Assembly: GCA_047285305.1 (NCBI GenBank)
Contig: JBJBDL010000003.1
Location: 1,888,001 to 1,952,000, forward strand
From: Synechococcus sp.
GTDB lineage: Bacteria > Cyanobacteriota > Cyanobacteriia > PCC-6307 > Cyanobiaceae
Length of the DNA: 64,000 bases
Reading direction: 5' to 3'
The position numbers and the translations under genes are program-made. Of this stretch, positions 36,691 through 46,946 are shown piece after piece. Numbering within the stretch: the stretch's first letter is position 1; each line of letters opens with the position of its first letter. The notes under the pieces were generated by a model. That model saw only the letters and a list, made by a program, of their open reading frames with translations. It was not told the DNA's origin and searched no databases.

Positions 36691-37009
36691 GCTCAGCGAT
36701 TGCCCAGGCCCCATAGGCCGGTGATGCCGTCACCGGCCAGCACAACCACTCGGGGGTGTCGTAGCTGTGCAGCTCTGAGACGGCCGAGCGCAGCGCGTCC
36801 AAATGCTGAGCGGAGGTCTTCATCAGCAGTTGGACCTCATGGGACGCCTGCAGCACCCCCTCCCAGCGATAGAACGACTGAACGGGCTGGATTGACACAC
36901 AGGCCACGAGATGGCGCCCCAGCAAAACCTCTGCCAGCTGTTGGGCGCGCTCAGCATTCGCTTCCGTGGTGAGGGCCAGCACAAGCCCACTCGCTTTAAT
37001 CACGCTCAA
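36659..37009 (-). CDS. cutA: Divalent-cation tolerance protein CutA
   Basis: LVACV, SFYRWEG and HSYDTPE. Confidence 0.92.
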   Translation of the reverse strand: MSVIKASGLVLALTTEANAERAQQLAEVLLGRHLVACVSIQPVQSFYRWEGVLQASHEVQLLMKTSAQHLDALRSAVSELHSYDTPEWLCWPVTASPAYGAWAIAELSSDASPPAA

Positions 37010-37787
37010 GCCGATCCATCAGGCTGCAGACATCCTCGACACAATTCATCCTGTTGGGGGGGGAGGGACGCCGCAGCAGCAGCAAGCTCAGCCCCAGATC
37101 TGTGGTGAGTTGATGCCAGAGCTGTTCCGTCACACCACCGGACTGGCGGCAGAGCACCACCTCAATGTCCCAGCGACGGCAAAGAGACCGCTCGATCGAT
37201 CCCGGCACCTCACCTTGTAGAGGACGCACCACGGCCAGGTGATCCGGGGGCAAACCCGCCCGCAAGGCTGCTCGCAATCCATCGGGGGAGGGAAGCGCAC
37301 GGCCATATGGGATTGCTCCGGCGTGGCGCACAGCAGCAGTCAAGGCCTGAAGATGACGACCTCCAATGGCCAGCAACAGGCGTTGACCCTGGAGCGGTTG
37401 GGATGCCAATGCATCGGCATCAGCCAGGAGAGAGGCCGCTCCCAGCGGTTCAAGGCGACGCTCATAACGCAGCAGCGGTTGGCCGAGATCCGCACAAGCC
37501 GTGACCAGGTCATGGCTGATTCGAGCCGCAAAAGGATGCGTGGCATCCACCACCCAACGGAAAGGGCCGGCCTGATGCAGAGCTGCCTTGATTCCGCCAA
37601 TGCCCTGCAGGGCTCCGATTGAGATGCGCTCCACAGGCAATCCCGCGTAGGCCTTCGCTGCAGTTGCAGTCACCACACTCACGCTCACACGCCAATTGCG
37701 GCGTGTGAGCTCCGTCACCAAGCGCGGCCCTTCACCGGTTCCAGCCAGCAGCAGGACACGATGCTGGTCATTCGCGGGGCCTTGCAT
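36996..37787 (-). CDS. cobK: Precorrin-6A/cobalt-precorrin-6A reductase
   Basis: LLAGTGEG, VDATHPFA, RQSGG and LRRP. Confidence 0.92.
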   Translation of the reverse strand: MQGPANDQHRVLLLAGTGEGPRLVTELTRRNWRVSVSVVTATAAKAYAGLPVERISIGALQGIGGIKAALHQAGPFRWVVDATHPFAARISHDLVTACADLGQPLLRYERRLEPLGAASLLADADALASQPLQGQRLLLAIGGRHLQALTAAVRHAGAIPYGRALPSPDGLRAALRAGLPPDHLAVVRPLQGEVPGSIERSLCRRWDIEVVLCRQSGGVTEQLWHQLTTDLGLSLLLLRRPSPPNRMNCVEDVCSLMDRLERD

Positions 37788-37816
37788 CAGGATGTGCGCC
37801 GACACCAGCTCAAGCC

Positions 37817-38275
37817 ATGAACCATTGCGTGCTCGAAGTGGAGGTGATCGACGCACCGACGGTTCGATACACCCAGGACAACCAGACTCCCATTGCGGAG
37901 ATGGCCGTGCGCTTTGACCCCCTTCGGGAGGGCGATCCGCCGGGTGAATTGAAAGTGGTGGGCTGGGGAAACCTGGCCCAGGAGCTGCAGAACCGTGTGC
38001 AGACCGGGCAGCGGCTGCTGATAGAAGGCCGGCTGCGGATGAACACCATGCCCCGGGGCGATGGCATGAAGGAAAAACGGGCTGAATTCACTCTGGCTCG
38101 GCTTCATCCGATCGGCGCGGCAGCCACGGGTGCAGCTCCTTCCGGCAACCCTTCAGCCCCGGCCCCCAGCCGCCAGGCCCCCGAGGCTGCACCGACCAAG
38201 GTGGCGAAAGAACCTGAACCGGCTAGCTGGAATGCTGCACCCCTCGTGCCCGACACCGACGACATCCCCTTCTGA
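37817..38275 (+). CDS. ssb: Single-stranded DNA-binding protein (cyanobacterial SSB-like)
   Basis: RYTQD, VGWGNLA, IEGRL and a C-terminal DDIPF. Confidence 0.9.
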   Translation: MNHCVLEVEVIDAPTVRYTQDNQTPIAEMAVRFDPLREGDPPGELKVVGWGNLAQELQNRVQTGQRLLIEGRLRMNTMPRGDGMKEKRAEFTLARLHPIGAAATGAAPSGNPSAPAPSRQAPEAAPTKVAKEPEPASWNAAPLVPDTDDIPF

Positions 38276-38304
38276 ATCACAGGACACTCGCGGGTCGTGG
38301 CCGC

Positions 38305-38493
38305 TTAACGACCCGCTTCGTCCTGCAGCTCTGAGGCTCGGGTGATCAGTTGCCCGAGCTCCCGTTCAAGGGCGGCAAGATCCAGACGCAGCTCGGGCCA
38401 GCGGCCACCATCAATCTGCTGCAGCAACCAGCTGCGATCACGGTCGAGCTGCTTGAGCAGATCATCCATGCCGGTCGATGATAGATCAGGCAT
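38305..38493 (-). CDS. Small conserved hypothetical protein
   Basis: LLQQIDGGRWPELRLDLAALERE. Confidence 0.7.
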   Translation of the reverse strand: MPDLSSTGMDDLLKQLDRDRSWLLQQIDGGRWPELRLDLAALERELGQLITRASELQDEAGR

Positions 38494-38562
38494 CTAGATC
38501 GGGGCAGTGGATCTCCATCCTGATGGCCTAGAGGTCAAAATGACGATCAAGCCAAGGCCTTC

Positions 38563-39105
38563 ATGAAGGATTTCTTCTCTCCCGGCAGCCTCGTCACCAT
38601 TGCCGGAGGCGTGCTGACCGTGGTCGGTGCCACCGCTTACGCCACCGGAAGCGCCAACCTCAGCCTGCCCACGATTTTCTACGGAATCCCGATCTTGTTG
38701 GGGGGGCTGGCCCTGAAATCGTCGGAGCTCCCACCCGCCATCCGGGTGACACCGAGCAAGACCTTTAAAAAGGAACGCGAAGCTGCAGCCCCAGAACTAG
38801 GCAAATTGCTCGGCGATGTGACGCGCTGGCGCTATGGCCAGAAGGCCCACCTGGAGTCGTCGCTGGAAGCGCTCAAACTCTGGGATGAAGACACCCCACC
38901 GCAGTTGGAAGAGATCGAAGAGCTGCATTCCGACAGCGGCTATGGCCTGCGGATGCGTTTCCTGCTGGGAGCAGTTCCCCTCGAACGCTGGCAAGAGCGG
39001 CAGGAGCGGCTGGGGCGTTTCTTCGCAAAAGGGATGCGAGCGGAACTCAAGGAACTGGATGAACAAAGGCTGGACGTTGTTCTGCTTCCAGCGGGTGAGG
39101 CCTAA
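38563..39105 (+). CDS. DUF2854-type membrane protein
   Basis: Two TM helices; YGIPILLGGLALK and DVTRWRYGQKAHL; sits upstream of argB. Confidence 0.8.
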   Translation: MKDFFSPGSLVTIAGGVLTVVGATAYATGSANLSLPTIFYGIPILLGGLALKSSELPPAIRVTPSKTFKKEREAAAPELGKLLGDVTRWRYGQKAHLESSLEALKLWDEDTPPQLEEIEELHSDSGYGLRMRFLLGAVPLERWQERQERLGRFFAKGMRAELKELDEQRLDVVLLPAGEA

Positions 39106-39108
39106 GCC

Positions 39109-39990
39109 ATGGCCCAATCGACCCAGAACAACGATGACGCCCTCAGGGTGTCGGTGCTCAGCGAAGCCCTCCCTTATATCCAGCGCTTCGCCGGTCGGCG
39201 CATCGTGATCAAGTACGGCGGGGCCGCAATGGCACATGCTGAGCTGCGGGCTGCCGTCTTTCGCGACCTGGCTCTGCTGGCCTGCGTCGGAGTCCAACCC
39301 GTAGTGGTTCACGGCGGCGGGCCCGAAATCAACCAGTGGCTTCAGCGTCTGGAAATTCCCGCCGAATTCCGGGACGGACTGCGCGTCACCGACGCCGACA
39401 CCATGGACGTGGTGGAGATGGTGCTGGTGGGCCGCGTCAACAAGCAGATCGTGAATGGCCTCAATCAGCTCGGCACCCGTGCGGTTGGTTTGAGCGGAAG
39501 TGACGGAAGTCTTGTGGAGGCACGCCCCTGGGGGAATGGCAGCCATGGGCTGGTGGGGGATGTTGCCCGCGTCAATCCCGATGTGCTCGAACCGCTGCTG
39601 GAGAAGGGTTACGTGCCCGTCATTTCCAGCGTTGCCGCAACCCCCGATGACGGGCGAGCCCACAACATCAATGCCGACACGGTGGCGGGAGAGCTGGCTG
39701 CGGCCCTGGAAGCCGAAAAACTGATCTTGCTGACCGACACACCCGGCATCCTTGAAGATCGGGATGACCCCGACTCGCTGATCCGCAAACTGCGCCTCTC
39801 AGAGGCGCGACAACTGATCAAGGAGGGCGTGGTCGCAGGGGGCATGACGCCCAAAACCGAATGTTGCATCCGCGCCCTGGCTCAGGGCGTATCAGCCGCC
39901 CACATCATTGATGGCCGGGTTCCCCATGCCCTCCTGCTCGAAGTCTTCACCGACGCCGGCATCGGCACCATGGTGGTGGGACGCGGATAA
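39109..39990 (+). CDS. argB: Acetylglutamate kinase
   Basis: KYGGAAM, VHGGGP, GLRVTD, NINAD and GGMTPK. Confidence 0.98.
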   Translation: MAQSTQNNDDALRVSVLSEALPYIQRFAGRRIVIKYGGAAMAHAELRAAVFRDLALLACVGVQPVVVHGGGPEINQWLQRLEIPAEFRDGLRVTDADTMDVVEMVLVGRVNKQIVNGLNQLGTRAVGLSGSDGSLVEARPWGNGSHGLVGDVARVNPDVLEPLLEKGYVPVISSVAATPDDGRAHNINADTVAGELAAALEAEKLILLTDTPGILEDRDDPDSLIRKLRLSEARQLIKEGVVAGGMTPKTECCIRALAQGVSAAHIIDGRVPHALLLEVFTDAGIGTMVVGRG

Positions 39991-39993
39991 AGG

Positions 39994-41052
39994 GTGAGCG
40001 AGCAGGACGCAGCACTAGACCTCTCTGAAGCGGAGGCAGCCCTGGAGCGCGGGGACTACGGCCAGGGCCTGGAGCTGCTTCTCCCCCTGGCAGAGCAACA
40101 CCCGCTCAATAGCCCGGAAGGGCCGGGCCTTCGGCTCCTGATGATCACCGCCTGGATGGGCCAGGGGCAGGACGACAAAGCCATCGCCACCTGCAGGCTG
40201 CTGAGTCGCTCCCACGATCCCAAGTTGCGCCAGCAGGCCAAACAACTGCTCGGGGTTCTCGAGGCCCCAAGCCTGGATCGTCCGGAACGCTGGTCGATGC
40301 GGATGCCGCAACTGGAGCTGAATGGCTCCGGGAGCGGGCAGACCTCCACCATGCGGCGGCGGCGGTCGCGGCGTCCCGAACCTCCGCCACCACCACCCAC
40401 GGGGCCGACGCGTTCACCGGCGGCGGGTTTCGCCGTGCTGGTGATGGCGGTTCTGCTGGGGATCACGCTGTTGCTGAGTGGTTGCGTCCGAATCGAGGCT
40501 GATCTCGACCTTCGCGGCCCGGATCGACTGGCCCTCACCTGGGACGTGCGGAGCACCCAGCAACGCCCGCTGCCCTGGCAGGAGCAATTCGAGCGAGACC
40601 TGCAACGGGAGGTGCCCGGGCTGAAGATCGAACAAACAGGCTCAGGACGCCAACAGATCAGCAGCCGTGTTGCTTCTTCGCACGAGCTGGCGCAACAAAT
40701 GGCGGCCGTGGTCGCCGTGGCTGGTCGCGCAGCTGGAGTCTCACTCCCGGCACCGACGCTCAAGCTCGAAGAACGCAACTGGCTGCTGGGGGTGCAGCAG
40801 CACGTGCAGCTGATGTTGGACCTCAGCAATCTGCCCGAGATCCCTGGGCTCGATGTTCATCTGAGCCTCAACCACGGGCAGGTGGAGCGCACGGCTCTTT
40901 CCGGTACCACTACCGAAGTCAGCTGGCAGGGATGGCGCTGGAATCCGCTTGGCCTGGGGGGCGTGGTGATCCTGATGCTGCTGATCAGCAGCATGGTGCT
41001 GCAGGTGGTGCGTCGGAAGCTGGGTTTTGGCTTCCCGGAACTGCCCTCCTGA
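39994..41052 (+). CDS. TPR-like N-terminus plus DUF3153-like membrane domain
   Basis: ALERGDYGQ TPR-like start; LEAPSL; LLLSGCV; C-terminal TM. Confidence 0.7.
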   Translation: MSEQDAALDLSEAEAALERGDYGQGLELLLPLAEQHPLNSPEGPGLRLLMITAWMGQGQDDKAIATCRLLSRSHDPKLRQQAKQLLGVLEAPSLDRPERWSMRMPQLELNGSGSGQTSTMRRRRSRRPEPPPPPPTGPTRSPAAGFAVLVMAVLLGITLLLSGCVRIEADLDLRGPDRLALTWDVRSTQQRPLPWQEQFERDLQREVPGLKIEQTGSGRQQISSRVASSHELAQQMAAVVAVAGRAAGVSLPAPTLKLEERNWLLGVQQHVQLMLDLSNLPEIPGLDVHLSLNHGQVERTALSGTTTEVSWQGWRWNPLGLGGVVILMLLISSMVLQVVRRKLGFGFPELPS

Positions 41053-43302
41053 TCAAAGCTGCTGCGGATCGGGATCCACAGTGAGCGCCACACCCTTGGG
41101 CAAGCCATCCCAGAGGGCCTGCCCCGAAGGCAGCGGAAGCGGGGAGCCCGCCGGACCGTGCAGCAACAGCTGCCATCGGCTTCGGCCAGCAACCCTGGCC
41201 ACAGGCGCTGGGGCCGGACCCAACAACCACCAGCTCTGGAGCTGACAAATTGGCCGGATCCGCTCCGCCAGCACCGCTGCCGCCGTTGCTGTTTTGCTGG
41301 GGGAATCTCCAGACAGTCGCAGCAGACAAGCGCGACTGAAGGGCACCAGACCAGCTTCCTTACGGAGCGCCACCTCCTGAGAGATAAACGCTTCATACCG
41401 ACCATCCACCAGATGTTGAATCACCGGATGCTCTGGGGTGTAGGTCTGCACTAACACCTGCCCCGGTCGCTCACCTCGCCCGGCACGGCCCGCCAACTGC
41501 AACAGCAACTGCAGGGCCTGCTCTCCTGCGCGGAGGTCGGGGCGATGCAGAAGCCCATCCGCCGCGAGCACCGCCGCCAGGGTGACCCGAGGCAGATCCA
41601 TGCCCTTGGCCAGCATCTGCGTGCCGATCAAGACGTCGGCTTCTCCGGCAGCAAAACGGTCCAATAGGCGTCGATGGCCATCACGTCCGCCGGTGGAATC
41701 GCGGTCAAAGCGAAGCAAACGAAGGCCTTCGAGCTCCTGAGAGAGCAGTTCCAACACCTTCTGCGTCCCGGCCCCAAACGGTTTGAAGGCCGTGGAACCA
41801 CAGTGACTGCAACGGTTCTCCAGGTCTTCACGATGATCACACCAGTGGCAACGCAGCCACTGACGTCCGGCCTGGCTGCGGTGAACGGTGAGCGCCACAT
41901 CGCAGTGGGGGCACATCACCACCTCGCCGCAACTGCGGCAGCTCAAAAAGGGGCTGTATCCCCGACGAGGCACCAAAACAACGGCCTGTTCGCCCTGCTC
42001 CGGCAGCGCCGCAAGACGATCCATCAAGGCGCGACTGACCAGACGCTTGTGCCCTTCGGCCAGCTCATGGCGCATGTCGATCACATGCACAGGAGGTAGG
42101 GACTGCCGGGAAATCCGCTCAGTCAGGCGCACCAAGGTCAAGGCACGTTCCGGGCCCGATTGAATCCAGCTCTCGAGCGACGGCGTGGCACTGCCCAGCA
42201 CAATCCTCGCCTGTTGCATCACAACCCGGTCCATTGCCAGGTCCCGGGCGTGGTAGCAGGGCATTGGGGCATCCTGCTTGTAAGAGGTGTCGTGCTCCTC
42301 ATCCAGAACGACCAGACCCAGCGGCTTCAACGGCACGAACACAGCGGAGCGGGTTCCCACCACCACCAACGGCTGTTCGGCAGCAAGACAGCGGCGCCAG
42401 GTTCGAACCCGTTCGGCGTCACCGCAACCGCTGTGGTATTCCACGACGCGCGAGCCGAAACGTCTGCGGCAGCGGTCAACGAGTTGGGGGATTAATCCGA
42501 TCTCAGGGGTGAGTAGCAGGACGTGCCGGCCCCGCTCCAGCTCCTGGGCAGCCAGTTGGAGGTACACCTCGGTCTTGCCGGAGCCGGTGATTCCCCAGAG
42601 CAGCAGTCCGCGCCCCGGAGGAAGCTGTTGATAGGCCTTCACCACGTCCTGCTGCTCAGCGGTCAAGGACTGGGGAAGCTCCTTGGGACCAGAACCAGCT
42701 GAAGAACCCTTGTCCTCACAACGACGCTGCTCACGCACCAGGTAGCCCTGCTGGATCAGGGGCGGCAGCAATTGCGCCCCAAACCCACTGGCCACCAGGT
42801 CTCGTTGCCAAGCGCCATCGCCCTGGCCCTCCAACCAAGCCAGAAGCTCCCGCTGGCGAGGGGTGGGTGGGTTCCCAGCATCAGGGGTGACCCGGGCTTG
42901 GATCCACCACATCTGACGCCCGCCGGCCAGGGAACGCTGGCCAGCCTGACCAATCCAGCCCGACGGCAGAGCCGCCTTCAATGTGCGGAAGACACTGAGA
43001 TGGCAACGGTCCGCCACCCGCTCCAGCCAGCTGAACCAATCCGAATCGACAGCAGCTCGCTGGAGGAGTGATTCCACCGGTTGCAGCGCCTGAGGATCCT
43101 GCTCAGCCCACTCCCGCTCCTCCACCACAAGGCCATGCATGGCTCGACCCCGGAGGCGTACCCGCACCAGATCTCCCGGCTTCAAACCCATGCTGGGATC
43201 TGCGGCATAACTGAAGGAGCGTCCTTCCCGCCCAGCCTCCAGCCAGACCTCAACACATCTCCGCGAATGCGACAGGACCTTGCAAACTTCGGAAGACTTC
43301 AT
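41053..43302 (-). CDS. priA: Primosomal protein N'
   Basis: GITGSGKT, DEEHD, four CxxC pairs, QLAGRAGR; start approximate. Confidence 0.97.
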   Translation of the reverse strand: MKSSEVCKVLSHSRRCVEVWLEAGREGRSFSYAADPSMGLKPGDLVRVRLRGRAMHGLVVEEREWAEQDPQALQPVESLLQRAAVDSDWFSWLERVADRCHLSVFRTLKAALPSGWIGQAGQRSLAGGRQMWWIQARVTPDAGNPPTPRQRELLAWLEGQGDGAWQRDLVASGFGAQLLPPLIQQGYLVREQRRCEDKGSSAGSGPKELPQSLTAEQQDVVKAYQQLPPGRGLLLWGITGSGKTEVYLQLAAQELERGRHVLLLTPEIGLIPQLVDRCRRRFGSRVVEYHSGCGDAERVRTWRRCLAAEQPLVVVGTRSAVFVPLKPLGLVVLDEEHDTSYKQDAPMPCYHARDLAMDRVVMQQARIVLGSATPSLESWIQSGPERALTLVRLTERISRQSLPPVHVIDMRHELAEGHKRLVSRALMDRLAALPEQGEQAVVLVPRRGYSPFLSCRSCGEVVMCPHCDVALTVHRSQAGRQWLRCHWCDHREDLENRCSHCGSTAFKPFGAGTQKVLELLSQELEGLRLLRFDRDSTGGRDGHRRLLDRFAAGEADVLIGTQMLAKGMDLPRVTLAAVLAADGLLHRPDLRAGEQALQLLLQLAGRAGRGERPGQVLVQTYTPEHPVIQHLVDGRYEAFISQEVALRKEAGLVPFSRACLLRLSGDSPSKTATAAAVLAERIRPICQLQSWWLLGPAPAPVARVAGRSRWQLLLHGPAGSPLPLPSGQALWDGLPKGVALTVDPDPQQL

Positions 43303-43606
43303 TAACGTGGACAGGTTGGGCAGTTTCTGCCAACCCTGCGCTCGATCCAGAGGGAAGACACAGAGTCTGAAGTCAAGGTCTTGTTCCTTGCCACTTTGAC
43401 CGGTCTGAGACCACCCCGGACAGCACAGAGACAATCCGTCCAAGCGTTTCGTCGACTCGCGGACACCACCATCAGACCATGAACTCCGTCTCAGCGTCAG
43501 CTGTGTAGTTCTTTTTCGTTTGAACGGAATTCCAGGTTTCGGCCATTGCCGTTGGTGCGTTGTTGCCGCTGTTGCATTTCCTCTCTATCCGACTTCGACT
43601 ATCACC

Positions 43607-44986
43607 ATGACCCCTGCTGCCACCAAAGCTGCAAAGCCGGACATCGTTCTTATGGCCAATGCTGACGGCAAGGTGAAGGAAGTTGCCAAGGGTTCCGACA
43701 AAGAAGCCAAAAAAGCCCCCGCACGCCGACGAACCAGCAAGGCGAGTGCGAAGGACCTGAGCGCCGCGGCCGACGAACTGCTCGCCGCGGCCGATCAAGC
43801 CAAGGCTTCGGGAAGCACCAAAAAGGCTGCGGCGAAGAGCACCAAGGCCAAAACCACAACGAAAAAGGCCACAACAACAAAGAAAGCAGCCACCGCCAAG
43901 AAGACCGCCACCAAGGCATCAACAGCCAAAGCAGCAGCAGCAACGAAACCAACCGCAGAAGAAAAAGCCAAAACCGCAGCTGCTGAGAAGGAAGCCAAGG
44001 CCAAAGCCCTCGCAAGCATCAAGATCGGCCCCAAAGGCGTCTACACCGAAGACTCCATCCGGGTTTATCTGCAGGAAATCGGGCGGATCCGCCTACTGCG
44101 TCCCGACGAAGAGATCGAACTGGCCCGCAAAATCGCCGATCTCCTCTATCTCGAGGAACTGGCTGCCCAATTTGAAAGCGATAACGGCCGGGAACCCGAC
44201 AACAAAGAGTGGGCGGCCTTAGTGGAAATGCCGCTCATCCGCTTCCGCCGGCGCTTGATGCTCGGCCGCCGGGCCAAGGAAAAGATGGTGCAATCCAACT
44301 TGCGCCTGGTGGTCTCGATTGCCAAGAAGTACATGAATCGGGGCCTGAGCTTCCAAGACCTGATTCAGGAAGGAAGCCTTGGCCTGATTCGCGCAGCCGA
44401 GAAGTTCGACCACGAAAAGGGCTACAAGTTCTCCACCTACGCCACCTGGTGGATTCGCCAGGCCATCACACGCGCCATTGCCGACCAGAGCCGCACCATT
44501 CGCCTGCCGGTGCACCTCTATGAAACGATCTCCAGGATCAAGAAGACCACCAAGGTTCTCTCCCAGGAGTTCGGCCGCAAGCCAACAGAAGAGGAAATCG
44601 CGGAATCGATGGAAATGACCATCGAAAAACTGCGCTTCATTGCCAAGAGCGCCCAGCTTCCAATCTCCCTGGAGACCCCCATCGGCAAGGAAGAGGATTC
44701 CCGCCTGGGCGATTTCATCGAAGCCGACATCGAGAATCCCGAGCAGGACGTTGCCAAGAACCTGCTTCGTGAAGACCTGGAGGGTGTTTTGGCCACCCTC
44801 AGCCCCCGCGAGCGCGATGTCCTGCGCCTGCGCTACGGCTTGGACGACGGGCGGATGAAGACTCTCGAGGAAATTGGCCAGATTTTTGATGTGACCCGGG
44901 AACGGATCCGTCAGATCGAAGCCAAGGCCCTGCGCAAATTGCGCCACCCCAACCGCAATGGGGTGCTCAAGGAATACATCAAGTAA
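43607..44986 (+). CDS. rpoD: Primary sigma factor RpoD/SigA
   Basis: [36 protein letters not shown] and TRERIRQIE; Lys/Ala-rich N-terminus. Confidence 0.98.
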   Translation: MTPAATKAAKPDIVLMANADGKVKEVAKGSDKEAKKAPARRRTSKASAKDLSAAADELLAAADQAKASGSTKKAAAKSTKAKTTTKKATTTKKAATAKKTATKASTAKAAAATKPTAEEKAKTAAAEKEAKAKALASIKIGPKGVYTEDSIRVYLQEIGRIRLLRPDEEIELARKIADLLYLEELAAQFESDNGREPDNKEWAALVEMPLIRFRRRLMLGRRAKEKMVQSNLRLVVSIAKKYMNRGLSFQDLIQEGSLGLIRAAEKFDHEKGYKFSTYATWWIRQAITRAIADQSRTIRLPVHLYETISRIKKTTKVLSQEFGRKPTEEEIAESMEMTIEKLRFIAKSAQLPISLETPIGKEEDSRLGDFIEADIENPEQDVAKNLLREDLEGVLATLSPRERDVLRLRYGLDDGRMKTLEEIGQIFDVTRERIRQIEAKALRKLRHPNRNGVLKEYIK

Positions 44987-45081
44987 GCCCGCACTCAGCC
45001 CGCCATCAAACAGTCACAGGAGTAATCCATAAGTACATTCCCCCTGGCTGAATGACAGGGAGGTCTCTTATAAGAGAACTT

Positions 45082-45145
45082 GAGGGAATTGAGACGCCCT
45101 CCTCACACGGAAGAGATCAAACCCCAGCCTGAGGCTGGGGTTTTC
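45082..45145 (+). ncRNA. Candidate Yfr1-family small RNA
   Basis: 5' hairpin GAGGG...CCCTC; CCTCCTCACAC at 45098-45108 (10/11 match to the Yfr1 ACTCCTCACAC motif); terminator hairpin; TATAAG -10-like box at 45069-45074. Confidence 0.55.
45119..45144 (+). terminator. Intrinsic terminator (possibly bidirectional)
   Basis: AAACCCCAGCC-TGA-GGCTGGGGTTTT perfect stem. Confidence 0.85.
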
Positions 45146-45176
45146 CTTTGGAAAGCAAAACTTCAGTGCCACAGAT

Positions 45177-45644
45177 TCACTGACTGCTTTCGAAGGTTTC
45201 AGTGAATTCCTGAAAGGCACGCTTCAGGCGCTCCACTGGAGTTTCTTCCAGTGGGCACTCCTGGCGTGTCTCAAGCGCATAGGCCTGAAGCAGTCGAGCG
45301 TCCGGTTCAAGCACGGAGGCCACCGCCCCCTTGAACAGCACCAGATTGTGCTGCGAGGTCAGGTTCGCCAGGTAAGGCTGAAGCACCCAACTGGACTGAG
45401 CGTCCTGTGCGGGCTGTGCCGCTGATCGCACGAGACGGGGCCGCAGCAGTTGATATGCGTGGTCTCCATCGCGGTCTGTGGTGTGGCGTAGCCGAGCCAT
45501 CAGGACATCGCCACTGCACAACAGGATCAGACGGATGGAGCCCTCAGCAACCAAGGGAAGCATGGCCTCCTGCTCTTCGGGGTCCGCGGCAACAGAGCAA
45601 ATTGCTCCGGCCTGACGAACGCCATTGACGACGGGTCCGGGCAT
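45177..45644 (-). CDS. Conserved hypothetical protein
   Basis: Sm-like IRLILLCSGDVLMARL...AYQLLRP...WVLQPYL; C-terminal PVERLKRAFQEF. Confidence 0.7.
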   Translation of the reverse strand: MPGPVVNGVRQAGAICSVAADPEEQEAMLPLVAEGSIRLILLCSGDVLMARLRHTTDRDGDHAYQLLRPRLVRSAAQPAQDAQSSWVLQPYLANLTSQHNLVLFKGAVASVLEPDARLLQAYALETRQECPLEETPVERLKRAFQEFTETFESSQ

Positions 45645-45781
45645 GACTGTGCTGCGTTGCTCGCGAATGTTAAGCGTTCTTCATAAAGAGATCTTCCCTT
45701 TCGAAGCTTCACAACCTCGTAAAGGCGAACCATTGAATCCAAGGCCAAAAGCGTAGGCTGGGCGGCTGATTCGCCCTTTCC

Positions 45782-46735
45782 ATGGCCCTCACCGAACTGC
45801 GCATCGCCTCACGACGCAGCCAGCTGGCCATGGTGCAAACCAACTGGGTCAAAGCTGAACTGGAGAAGGCCCATCCCGGCCTGAAGATCACGGTGGAAGC
45901 CATGGCCACCCAGGGCGACAAGATCCTGGACGTTGCCCTGGCCAAGATCGGCGACAAAGGTCTCTTCACCAAGGAACTGGAAGCCCAGATGCTGGTGGAT
46001 CGCGCGGACATCGCCGTCCACTCCCTTAAGGACCTGCCTACCAACCTTCCGGAGGGGCTGATGCTCGGCTGCATCACAGAACGAGAAGACCCGGCCGATG
46101 CGCTGGTGGTGAATGCCAAGAACCAGGCCTACAAGCTCGACACCCTTCCCGAAGGCTCAGTAGTGGGAACAAGTTCCCTGCGCCGCCTGGCTCAACTGCG
46201 TCACCACTACCCCCAACTGATCTTCAAGGACGTTCGGGGGAACGTGATCACTCGGCTGGAAAAATTGGACAGCGGCGATTACGACTGCCTGATCCTGGCT
46301 GCGGCAGGCCTGGGCCGGCTTGGCTTCGGCGATCGGATCCACCAGCTGATCCCCGGCGACATCTCTCTGCACGCCGTTGGGCAGGGAGCCCTGGGGATTG
46401 AATGCGTGGAGGGCAAGCCCGAAGTGCTCGAGGCGATCAAAGTACTGGAGCACACCCCCACCTCCCAGCGCTGCCTGGCCGAACGTGCTTTCCTGCGGGA
46501 ACTGGAGGGTGGCTGCCAGGTTCCCATCGGCGTGAACACACGCTTCGAAGGCGATCAACTGATCCTCACCGGGATGGTGGCCAGCCTTGATGGCAAACGT
46601 CTGATCCGCGACCAAGCCAGTGGCGCGGCAAGCGACGCCGAAGCCATCGGCATCGCTCTCGCCAGCACCCTCAAGAGTCAGGGTGCTGGGGAGATCCTCA
46701 AAGAGATCTTCGACACCGTCCGCCCGGAAGCCTGA
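45782..46735 (+). CDS. hemC: Hydroxymethylbilane synthase
   Basis: [30 protein letters not shown] and LEGGCQVP. Confidence 0.98.
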   Translation: MALTELRIASRRSQLAMVQTNWVKAELEKAHPGLKITVEAMATQGDKILDVALAKIGDKGLFTKELEAQMLVDRADIAVHSLKDLPTNLPEGLMLGCITEREDPADALVVNAKNQAYKLDTLPEGSVVGTSSLRRLAQLRHHYPQLIFKDVRGNVITRLEKLDSGDYDCLILAAAGLGRLGFGDRIHQLIPGDISLHAVGQGALGIECVEGKPEVLEAIKVLEHTPTSQRCLAERAFLRELEGGCQVPIGVNTRFEGDQLILTGMVASLDGKRLIRDQASGAASDAEAIGIALASTLKSQGAGEILKEIFDTVRPEA

Positions 46736-46894
46736 TCAACTGCGAATCTCCAGGCGCGTTCCCACATCCACAGCGTCAAGCAGCAGCCGGATGTGGCTGT
46801 TGAGCATCCGCACGCAGCCCAGGCTGACGGCCGCGCGAATCTGAACCCAGTGCGACCACGCCGTCCTGGTGAACATGTTCCAACGCTGAGCCAT
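46736..46894 (-). pseudogene. L,D-transpeptidase (YkuD) C-terminal remnant
   Basis: 52 codons containing AVSLGCVRMLN...VGTRLEI but lacking the catalytic HG and the whole N-terminal domain. Confidence 0.7.
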
Positions 46895-46895
46895 G

Positions 46896-46919
46896 AAAAA
46901 AGCGGGGGATATCCCCCGC
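46896..46919 (-). terminator. Intrinsic terminator of ppa
   Basis: GCGGGGGATATCCCCCGC palindrome followed by T6 on the minus strand. Confidence 0.85.
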
Positions 46920-46946
46920 CTGATCAGCAATCGATCGCCGAAGCGT

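Noticed and set aside
45022..45036. NtcA site upstream of the candidate sRNA
   Set aside because: Spacing is GTA-N9-TAC, not N8
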